This document shows positions 25,877 through 35,683 of a stretch of DNA of 64,000 bases, in pieces (the first letter of the stretch is position 1; every line of letters starts with the position of its first letter). The DNA comes from Podarcis liolepis (Eukaryota), in NCBI GenBank assembly GCA_965112155.1, contig OZ218110.1. One strand, written 5' to 3'. The notes beneath the pieces are model-generated. The model did not search any database, was not told the DNA's origin, and worked only from the letters and a program-made list of their open reading frames with translations. A program made the translations under genes and the position numbers.

Positions 25877-26120
25877 TTGTAGCTAAACAAACACTCTGGT
25901 TCTGGTGTGGGTGTTGGATGCTTACAGCAGGGAAGGAAAATCTATGGCCCTCCAGGTGTGTCTGCATGACAGCTCCAATAACCCCTGACCTATGCTTATT
26001 AGATCTGACAAAAGTTGGAACCTAACAATATCTGGAAGGCAACACTTTTCAATCCTTGGACTCCAGCTACCACACAAGATTATTAACAGAAAGCAGGTGT
26101 CATTTGCATACCCAGGCACA

Positions 26121-26790
26121 TGATGCTTGCTATCTGGTGCAGGGTCTCAGTATGAAATAAGACATAGGACATTGATGTTGGGTGGAAATTGGCCACAACT
26201 TTTATTGATTGCAGATGGAATAGGCTTTGGCCAAAGTCATTGGGTACGTATCTTGTATCAAGCAGCCCGACTGCTGGTTGATAAGTAGGTGTAGAAAGGG
26301 GGGGGTCACCTGCCAGGGCCACCTTTTGGAAGGTTGCTATGGCCTGTTGGCCCCTGTGTGGGCTCTCAGGTAGAGACAGCCCTCCCTGGCCCCTTTACCT
26401 GATCAGCTAAGTATACAACCCAATGCCTTAACCACCCAAGTTGTGATGTTTTCTATGAGGTAGGTAAAAATCTACAGACCAGCCAATTTGTCTGCAGGAA
26501 AAATCCTCCCTGGCCCTGAATATGGTGACAACAAATACCATAGCAAGGTCCACATTGTCCTGCCCACACATCTTTGGACAGGACTACATACAGATTATAT
26601 ACAAATGGGAGAGTGGGTGGTGAATCCTGTGGTAAGGTTCAAAACGGGAGAGGCTCAGGGTGTGCCCCCCTGTTTAAGGCACTGCAACCCTGCTCATAGA
26701 GGTGACCTGACTGGCTAATATTTTTATCTCCCTGAATATCTGTGTGAGTGGTACTGTTAGCCACCAATCCTAGGGGGGGGGGGGGGGTTC
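26121..26790 (-). mobile_element. DIRS/Ngaro- or LTR-like remnant (same family as the 38.2-kb copy)
   Basis: Reverse complement of 26416-26516 is highly similar to 38205-38306; boundaries approximate. Confidence 0.55.
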
Positions 26791-28013
26791 CAAAACCCAG
26801 TGACCCTGATTTCACTGCTCATGAATGGGACAAAGAAATAGAGGTGAGGTTCAACTTAACCCTAGATCATGGCATTGTTTATTATTGTTATGTTTTGATC
26901 AGTCTTCTTCCTCATTAATATTTCCTGTGGGATTAGAGTTTTGCTTAAGTCTAACAGGATGCCCCAGTGGTTTTTCTCTTAATTTCCCTTCTTCCTTGGA
27001 GACTCTTGTGCCATTGATTATCATGCTTGCAGTTTAAACTCTTCCTTACTGAAATTAATAGTCTGTAAATTAACAGGCCATGAGGCAGTTGATATTTAAA
27101 AGACATTTATTTTTTTAGTAACGAACTCTGTTAAATGCTTTAAAGTGGCATGCTGCAATGCTGTGAGGAATCTAATTGGATGTCTTGTCAACAAACCACA
27201 GACTTAATAACTTCTCCAACTGTAAAATCCTGGATTATGGGCAAAGTATAAGGTAGGATGAATAATGAAGGAAAAGATGAAAACTGAGACAGCAGTAATA
27301 ATAGTTCTCTTTAATAAATGTTGGAATGGATGAAAATGCAGGACTGGGTCAGCACTGCTTTTAAAATTGTCCCGTGTGACAAAAGCAGCAGGAGAAATGA
27401 GACATATCTAAAGAGATTTATCATTGTTGGAAGTTAAAAGAAATGTGCAAAAATTAGACACCTTTAAGGTCAACTGGTTCTTTTTCTAGTGGGACAATTA
27501 AACACATTCTTACTTTTTAAAATTTCCCATGGAAATCAAGAGGTCTTTGAACTAATGTATGATGATGCTTATGAGTCCTGCTCTTAAGATCCAGAGTAGG
27601 AGAAAGCAGGAGAGACTGGGAAGACCTGCATTCAAGCTCCTATTTATGTTGCCCCGTTTTCAGGGACAATTTTTTTTGTTTGTTATTTCTTCAGGTGATG
27701 GTAATATGTGGATCTTGTTTTGTTTTGCTTTGCTTTTAGAAGCATAGTTTAGCCTCCTCTCTCGAGAAAGTGTAGTGGTTCTTTTCTGAGTCTGGAGAGC
27801 TAACATGTTTCTCCATAATGCCTCTTGTCTTTCAAGTAGAGATATTTCCCATTCTGCATCTGTAATGGAATTGTATCAAACGTGTTTTTAATACATTAAT
27901 TAATTAATTAATTTTATCACTTATGTGTTTGTTTCCCTAGGAGCCTTTAGAAGGAAGGATGGAATATCACAGCAGCAGCAACAACAACAGCTAGGCTGTA
28001 GCACACTGCAGAT

Positions 28014-28069
28014 AATGTTGCTGTGCATCAGAGAATGTTGCTGTGCATCAGAATGTTGCTGTGCATCAG
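28014..28069. repeat. Three tandem copies of the 18-mer AATGTTGCTGTGCATCAG
   Basis: Copies at 28014-31, 28034-51 and 28052-69. Confidence 0.95.
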
Positions 28070-28233
28070 TACCATTCACATCATTCAGTTTTAAGCATTC
28101 AACTGTGCTTAAGACTCATTGCTTTGATTGCTCTTCTGAATTGTGAAATTCAAGGCCAACCCATAATATTTGCAATATTGTGTTCCTCTCTTATTTGCAC
28201 CAGATTATATGTCTGAATATGTTTTACCCAAAG

Positions 28234-29190
28234 ATGCAACTTCTAAGCAGCACCGATAAGGAAAATCAGCCTAATGTGACCGAGTTTGTCCTTATAGGAT
28301 TTAGTAATCTCCGAGAGCTGCAAATTCTTCTCTTCTTGCTTTTTTTGCTTTTCTACATGGTTACCTTGGTTGGGAACATTCTCATTGTCATGCTTGTTAT
28401 AGCTGATAAACAACTTCATACCCCCATGTACTTCTTCCTTGGGAATTTTTCTGGCCTGGAGACCTGCTATAGTTCTACTATTCTGCCCAAGACTCTGGCC
28501 AGCCTTTTAACTGGTGACAGATCTATTCAATTCAATCTCTGCTTTGTTCAGCACTATTTCTTTGCATCATTTGGGGCAGCTGAGTGCTATCTCTTATCTG
28601 TGATGTCCTATGATCGCTATTTAGCTATATGCCGACCCTTGCATTATGCAACCCATATGAATGGTAAGTTCTGTGTGAAGTTAGTTGGTGTGTCTTTCAT
28701 CAGTGGATTTCTGGCCATTTTCATAACAATATCATTAGTGTCCAGGTTAGCTTTCTGTGGCCCCAATGAAATAAATCATTTCTTTTGTGATGTCTTTCCA
28801 CTCATAGAATTGTCTTGCAGTGACACTAGTCTTTTGAGGATTTTGATATTCCTTGTTGCTTCTGTATTCACCGGTCCTCCATTTTTGCTGACATTGATAT
28901 CGTATGCTTCCATTATCACTGCCATATTGAGAATCAAGTCCACCAGTGGCAGACAAAAGGCCTTTTCTACTTGCTCATCTCATCTTATTGTGGTCACAAT
29001 TTTCTATTCCACAATAGCCATTGTCTATGTGTTACCAAACACTGTCACACTGAGAGACCTTAACAAAGTATTCTCTGTCTTCTATGCTGTCCTGACTCCC
29101 ATGATAAATCCACTTGTCTACAGCCTGAGAAACAAAGAAGTAAAGAAGGCACTGAAGAGACAGATTCGTCAGTTGCTTGTAGATATGTAG
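28234..29190 (+). CDS. Olfactory receptor, class II, intact, 318 aa
   Basis: MQLL start matches the MQL starts of paralogs; NVT sequon; all OR motifs; an alternative in-frame ATG lies at 28219. Confidence 0.95.
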   Translation: MQLLSSTDKENQPNVTEFVLIGFSNLRELQILLFLLFLLFYMVTLVGNILIVMLVIADKQLHTPMYFFLGNFSGLETCYSSTILPKTLASLLTGDRSIQFNLCFVQHYFFASFGAAECYLLSVMSYDRYLAICRPLHYATHMNGKFCVKLVGVSFISGFLAIFITISLVSRLAFCGPNEINHFFCDVFPLIELSCSDTSLLRILIFLVASVFTGPPFLLTLISYASIITAILRIKSTSGRQKAFSTCSSHLIVVTIFYSTIAIVYVLPNTVTLRDLNKVFSVFYAVLTPMINPLVYSLRNKEVKKALKRQIRQLLVDM

Positions 29191-29407
29191 CTCAAACAAG
29201 ATGAATCCATATGTTTTCATGCACCAAATAGGAAATTGGATTTTATCAGACTGTATCACAATAAATAAATAAATCACTGCTCAATTTCAAAACCAGTTTA
29301 TCTTGACACATGGGAAACATCCCAATCTTGCACGTGAACGCAGATCTACCCACCATGGAGAAAGTGGAAAGAAATAAGATTCACACACACTCTCTCATAA
29401 TGATGGA

Positions 29408-29500
29408 ACAGGGGTCATCCAATTAAGTTGAAGGGTGGGTGATTCAGGACAAGTAAAAGGATACACTTTCATACAGCACATAGTTTAACTATAATGGCCA
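29408..29500 (+). mobile_element. CR1-type LINE ORF2 3' fragment
   Basis: acaggggtcatccaattaagttg...ttcaggacaagtaaaagg...tttcatacagcacatagtt resembles the CR1 ORF2 end. Confidence 0.45.
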
Positions 29501-30278
29501 TTCACCAATCCAGCAGTGGGCGATGTTTGTGACCCAGTGCAAGGCTCCTCCATCATCCCACAGACATGGCTCTTTCTTCCTGCCCATTGCCACGTCCCCA
29601 ACAGCCGTCACGGTGGCCTCTGGGTTCCCACCAAACCCAGATTCAAATTCAGTCAATCTGCAGGGGCCGGGGGCTGGGGTAACAGGAGCAGACTATGCCA
29701 AGGGAAATTTCACTCTGGTCCGCTTGTATAAAAGGGGGCCAAAGCAATCAGCAGCATGAATCTACCAACTAGTAATGTAGTGATGAAGCATTCATGCTGA
29801 ATTTATATATCATTTAATATTGACTTGTAATTAACATAGTGACTGTTTCAGAATTAATGAATTAAGCCAAGTAGGCAATCAGTCAGCCAAATCTGAGTGC
29901 ATCATCCAAGTCCTTTGCCTCTTTGTGTTAGAATGCCTGCAAGGTAACATTTCATTCTCAATGGCAGCAGCTTGGGGTTTGGATCCTGAAAGCATCAAGG
30001 CCATGGCATTCCAAAGCATGTTTGGGCTCAGTCAAAATTCCAGCCTTGTTCATCGGCCTCTTGGTCAAGCGGTTTTATATTTCACACAGGGGCAGGGAAT
30101 GGCATATCCAAATTAAGCCAGGAAAGGGATTTAATTTAAGGAAGGGGTGGGGGAAATTCAGGTCTGGGAGCCAAATGTTGCCTTCCAGGCCTCTCTGTTT
30201 GGCATTTGGAACCCACCACAGTCAACTCCTCTTTTGCCAGGCCACATTCCTCACACACCTTGTGTATTTTTTGCAATA

Positions 30279-30520
30279 CAGTGGTATGTCGGGTTACAGA
30301 CGCTTCAGGTTACAGATGCTTCAGGTTACAGACTCCGCTAACCCAGAAATAGTACCTCGGGTTAAGGACTTTGCTTCAGGATGAGAACAGAAATTGCATG
30401 GCAGCGGTGCTGCAGCAGCAGGAGGCCCCATTAGCTAAAGTGGTACCTCAGGTTAAGAACAGTTTCAGGTTAAGAACAGACCTCCAGAATGAATTAAGTT
30501 CTTAACCCGAGGTACCACTG
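30279..30520. mobile_element. Tc1/mariner (Tigger-like) MITE, second family
   Basis: CAGTGGTA...TACCACTG termini, TA TSD, internal ttcaggtta repeats; inverted copy at 59125-59366. Confidence 0.85.
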
Positions 30521-31341
30521 TATCCTTGGATATTCCCTGCCTTGCTGGAATGTGTCCTTGCACTCTAATGACACTTGCTTGTTCAGATGGATGGTGGAGA
30601 TGGGTGTGAGAGTGTGTGTATCCACTAGGCTACTGTATAAACATAAAATCCATCTCTCCACCCTCTTTTTGCTTCTGACTCTATCTACCACTGCCATGTG
30701 CCTGTTTGCCAGAATTGGAGATTGCCCACTCCTGAATTAAGATGCTCAGCAGACATCATTAAAGAAAATAAATGTATATATTGCTGATTGCTCCCTGTCC
30801 TGTAAATTCCCCTTGAGTGCAGAATGCACTAGTAATAAGGAGGGGCATCTTATAATAATCACTACCAAGGAGAATCTAATCTTAATGTATAAAAGGCAAC
30901 TCACATTCAAAAGATTCTTTCAGATGTGATAGGCTCCTTTCTGTATTTTCTCCAGTAATATAATAATAATGGACATGGTTCTGTTAGCATCTGCCTAGAA
31001 ATATATATTTGGACCTTGAGATCCAGATTAAGTAGGGTTGTCTCCCTTTATCTGTTTAGAGAAAGAGACATGAAGGTGGAAAGGAACCTGGCGACATTTA
31101 GGAGGTTTCAATTAACACGTTTCTTGATTTTGACTTTCAGTGCTGCCCACATTTTTTTCTTCAGACTAAGTACTGCAATGTATTAAATGAAAGAACAGCA
31201 GAAGAATCACAAAGGAGATGTTAGATAGTATGGGTAAGACTATCCAGCATGACAAAACAAATTCTATAGATGAAGAACTTCTAATGAAATTATGTGTTGG
31301 TTGCTGAAACGTTGGACAAAATTAACCAATGTGAATCAGTT

Positions 31342-31359
31342 ATGAATACCCAATTAAAG
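31342..31359 (+). CDS. Predicted upstream coding segment (MNTQLK) of OR 31729-32706
   Basis: ATG AAT ACC CAA TTA AAG|GTATGT is a phase-0 consensus donor, in frame with acceptor ttttttacag|GTG at 31729; in-frame stop upstream at 31285. Confidence 0.6.
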
Positions 31360-31728
31360 GTATGTGGCCTTTTACTCTCTTTTGAAATATATAAAATGCA
31401 TGCAATATAGTACTTAACAATGCTTAGAATTACAAGGGTGCAAGGCTGCTGGAGGTGTGAGTTAGATGGAGGAATGGAAATTTGGCAGGCTGGATTTCTA
31501 ATGCAGATATTGTAGTTCCATTAGGAAACAGGAAAGCCATATTCCATTTGAGAAATGAAATTATCATTGTTGGAACTATAAACTCTTGCAAAAGCTAGCC
31601 AGGTTAAAAGTTGATGCAGCTGAACAATTATCATATGGAGAACAAAGGAAATGTGCTCCTTTTGAAGTGTTAGGATCCAAGATATAAAAACCATTTAATT
31701 TTGCCATGAACTTGTTTCTTTTTTACAG

Positions 31729-32706
31729 GTGCAGTTATATGAAAATAAAGAACAGCTAAATCATACACATGTAACTGAATTTATTCTTCTGGGATTTGGA
31801 GATCACCACCAGGCACTGCTGATTCTTCTTTTCCTTTTGTTCCTTTTCATCTACATTGTGACGATGGCTGGGAACATCCTCATCATTTTACTAGTTGCCA
31901 CTGACCGACACCTTCACACCCCAATGTACTTCTTCCTTGGGAACCTCTCATGCTTGGAGACCTTCTGCAGCTCAAACATCTTGCCAAGAATGTTATCCAG
32001 TTTCCTTACGGGAAGGAAAGTGATTTCAGTCAATGCATGTTTTGTGCAACATTACTTCTTTGGTTTTTTTGGAGGTGTGGAATGCTACTTATTATCAGCA
32101 ATGTCCTATGACCGGTACTTAGCTATATGTAAACCTCTCCATTATGTCACCATGATGAATGGCAAATTGTGTTTCCAACTCATAGTCAGCTCTTGGTTTA
32201 GTGGTTTTCTGTCAATTACTATGACAACGATTATCATGTCCAAGTTAGTTTTCTGTGGTGACAATAAAATTGACCATTTCTTTTGTGACACCTTCCCCAT
32301 CATAGAACTATTTTGTGGTGACACTAGCACCTTAAAGTGGTATATATATGTTTTATGCTCTGCATTCACCTTTCCCCCATCTATATTGACCTTCACATCA
32401 TATACTTTCATAATTATAGCCATAATGAAAATCCCTTCTGCAACCGGAAAACAAAAAGCATTTTCTACCTGTTCCTCCCATCTCTTGGTAGTTACAATTT
32501 TCTATGGCACACTGATGGCTGTCTATGTGATTCCGAACACTGACAGACTGAATGCCCTTCACAAAGTCTTCTCTATCTGTTATACCATCCTGACTCCCAT
32601 GATCAATCCCATCATATATAGTTTAAGAAATAAAGAAGTAAAGGAAGCATTGAGAAGACATATTTCATTCCTAGTAGTGCAAAATGAGAAGAAAAGACAG
32701 ACTTAA
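31729..32706 (+). CDS. Olfactory receptor, class II, main coding exon (begins GTG; 331 aa if spliced)
   Basis: NHT sequon and all OR motifs; no in-frame ATG before TM1; strong polypyrimidine acceptor at 31728. Confidence 0.92.
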   Translation: MQLYENKEQLNHTHVTEFILLGFGDHHQALLILLFLLFLFIYIVTMAGNILIILLVATDRHLHTPMYFFLGNLSCLETFCSSNILPRMLSSFLTGRKVISVNACFVQHYFFGFFGGVECYLLSAMSYDRYLAICKPLHYVTMMNGKLCFQLIVSSWFSGFLSITMTTIIMSKLVFCGDNKIDHFFCDTFPIIELFCGDTSTLKWYIYVLCSAFTFPPSILTFTSYTFIIIAIMKIPSATGKQKAFSTCSSHLLVVTIFYGTLMAVYVIPNTDRLNALHKVFSICYTILTPMINPIIYSLRNKEVKEALRRHISFLVVQNEKKRQT

Positions 32707-32818
32707 GATTTGCTAAAGGTGTTGTTTTCTCAAAAGTGACTTCAAATTTTATAGCATCACTAAACATATATGCTTTCATTTTTATAGATAAATGTGCTCC
32801 TTTTTTGTGCACATTAGA

Positions 32819-32822
<4 letters not shown>

Positions 32823-32861
<39 letters not shown>
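32823..32861. repeat. (CA)n microsatellite
   Basis: Read directly from the sequence. Confidence 0.95.
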
Positions 32862-32863
<2 letters not shown>

Positions 32864-33371
32864 AATGTGGAATGCCAGAATCTGGACTAGTTCCATCCCA
32901 AATTTAGCAAATTTCTAGCCTCCTTCCACAGGCTGAATCTAGCTAGAGAACCACAGAAATACCTGGGTAGGCCTTGCTCTATATTTTCAGTCAGGAGAGT
33001 GGTACAAGTTTATAAGAAACTACATTTTCTTTCCCAGGAATCATGCATCTCACACACACAACTAAACTTTGATGCTTTCACTTGGTTACTGTTAGATCAG
33101 AATTGTATGTGGGATTTTTCTAATCTTTTCTTCATTACCTTTTATCCTCCTGTTTTACCTTTCATTTTTGTCTTTTCCTCTCCCTCTCTCCCCTTGACCC
33201 CAAATCCTCTCCTGTCCTGGGAACTCAAGGTCTCTAACTTTTGCAATATTCCTACAAGACGCAGAGCTTTTTATATATGTGAAGTACATTTGTAATTGCT
33301 ATGTAATCATATTGTAACAATGTTGTTGATGATGACAATGATAAAGCGTGTTCTCACTAAAAGAGAGCACG

Positions 33372-34149
33372 TGTTGCGGATGGGGCCGAACAAAACTCCA
33401 CTTGGTTGCCAGGCAGTATTAGATTCAAGGGGCCTGGAGCAGATTGGAGGATGGTGTTACTGGGGTAAATTTGATGTTGCCAATTTAGGGGTGGGATCAG
33501 TGGTTATTTAAGCAAGGTCCACAGCTTTCTCTTTCTCTTTCGCTGTGGACATCGGATCTCCCGCCCACCCTCCCTTGCTTGGGCTTGCGCCTTGACCTTG
33601 CTCTGCCTGTCATGGGGTCGTTCGCCTTGGTGCGGGGGCCCAGTAGGAATTTTTCCAATTGGCTGATTAGTGTGTGCCTTTTGGGTTTTGCCTACTGCTT
33701 AGCAAATCGTCACAACTTGTAAGGTTGGCGGTTAGGCATTGGTTAAATTGGTTGGTGGAGGGGTATGGATTGGCTGTGCCTGCCCCTCCAATGCTGCTGC
33801 TGATGGGTATTCCGTTAAAGGAATTCTGGGGCTTACCATCCCTTCGTCCAAACCCTTGGAGCAGGGTGCGGGCCGTGTAAGTTCCCAAGGAACAAGCAGG
33901 GAATAGCTGAGGGTCTGTGTCGCAGTCCCAGCTGTCCCTGGTCTTGTTCCTCCACACGCTGACTCACGGGAGTCAGCGCTGTCCCCAAGGCGGGGGGGAC
34001 AGATAGTCATAACCAATGCCTAAGCAACCACTCTCAATTTGTATGAAAATAAAGTTGTGGCCAAAAGTATGCCAAAAACCTTAAACAAAAATTATGTGTG
34101 ATGTGTGAGTTATTGGGGTAGGGGTTTTGGGGGACCTCAGCACGCAACA
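33372..34149 (+). mobile_element. 778-bp DIRS/Ngaro- or solo-LTR-like element
   Basis: Inverted termini TGTTGCG...CGCAACA, GC-rich, AATAAA at 34048, no clear TSD, several internal inverted repeats. Confidence 0.65.
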
Positions 34150-35465
34150 GTAGTACAGTAGTCACTCAATCATTTAATATTGATTAAGAACATGTATATT
34201 GTTTTGATCACAATTTGTATTTGTATTTTTGCAACAAGTTCACCTTTGGTGGGAATTAAGACTAATTTTTTGTTGGGGTGTGCATGTGTGGTTTACCTTT
34301 TGTAGTTGTGGTATATATTTATCTTGGATTTAATGTTTTGTTGAGTATTGTGTGTTAATTTTGTGTATTAATTTAGACTATTGGTGGCATTGAACAGGGG
34401 AAAATTAGCAACTTAAAAAAATACAGGGCTGAAATGTACATCTTGCAGACTGAGGTGTCTGAAAACAGATATGTTTTGCTTCCTTCCTGAAGAGATAGAA
34501 AAATAGAGCAGATTTTTGTATCTCTTCGGGGAGATTCCACATCCACAGAGTAAATGTGGAAATGAATTATAATGATATCATAACTTCAGATGATGTTGGC
34601 ACATGGAACAAGGACTGGAGAATGTAAACAACAGTTGGGTGTATCTGGGTAGAGGCAATCTGTCAGTTGTTTTAGTTTGGTTTGACCTGTATCAAGCTTA
34701 AAACAAAAGAATTTACCACAGTTCACCTAGTTCTTCTGGGTGAAATTAGTTGTCTATCTACCTTTCAATTACTGAAGCACCTGGGTAAATTCCCTCATGC
34801 CCCATATTCAGCTGAGGATCATCAGAATTATAGCAATGAAGGGATGTATTAAGAAAAAATGTTGCAGTGAAAGTAGCTAGCAGTACTTAAGTGAAGCTAT
34901 AAATAAGACCACCCTTTGGCCTAACCTGACATTTCTACCTCAGATACCTAACTCCTAAGTGAGATTCTATTGTTTTATAAGCAAGATGGTTTATATTGAG
35001 ATTATCTAGTTCATGTGTGGAATATGTTTTTCTAGCCTTCTTAAATCACTTCTTGACAAAATTCTTTGCATGTTCCATCTGGACCTCTGAGTTGGTCTTG
35101 AAACTTTATTTTTGGTGAAGCAGGTGGCAGCACAGAGGTATGAGGCACCTCTGAAAAAATATCCACTCATTTTAACCCTCCACCCTCTTCAAAATTCCTT
35201 GAATATTTCACAGGAAACACCAAATTCTTCTCAAACACCTTTCCCAGTTGTGTCCAATTCAGAAGGCAGAAAGAGAGATAGATTGGAATGTATCTTCATC
35301 TGGAGGTTTTCTTCTATTACTTACTTCCTCAGTCTAGGCATGCATCAAAAATCCTTGTTCTTCCTCTCTCTTATTCAGTCAGTCCTTTTTCTAAAGGCCT
35401 TACTCTCTTATCATAGCCCTGGGATACATGTGAAGGAAACATGCCCTGGCAGACCTTGTTCTGAA

Positions 35466-35683
35466 ATGTTCATGATGCTCTCTCTGGTATTCCTTTCACT
35501 GCTGTTTCCAAATGTGGTAGGGAAGGAACCCCACTTTAAGTGTATACGTGAACACCGCTACCCAGAGGGATACCATAAAGATGGGGACTTCATTATTGGC
35601 GCACTTGTATCTCAGTTCCTTACATGGGAAAAGCTAGAGGGATTTGATATTCAGCCTCCTCTTGCTTACTCATTAGATCCATA
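35466..35683 (+). CDS. V2R exon 1 (signal peptide, GDFIIG motif)
   Basis: [15 protein letters not shown]...[13 protein letters not shown]; donor TA|gtaagt. Confidence 0.88.

Noticed and set aside
30279-30520. Short internal repeats (ttcaggtta) resembling a repeat-spacer array
   Set aside because: Subterminal repeats of a TA-flanked MITE in a vertebrate genome; not CRISPR.
35112-35465. 118-aa N-terminal extension of V2R exon 1 in the ORF track
   Set aside because: Starts at a non-ATG codon and precedes a clear signal peptide at 35466; probably UTR or intron.
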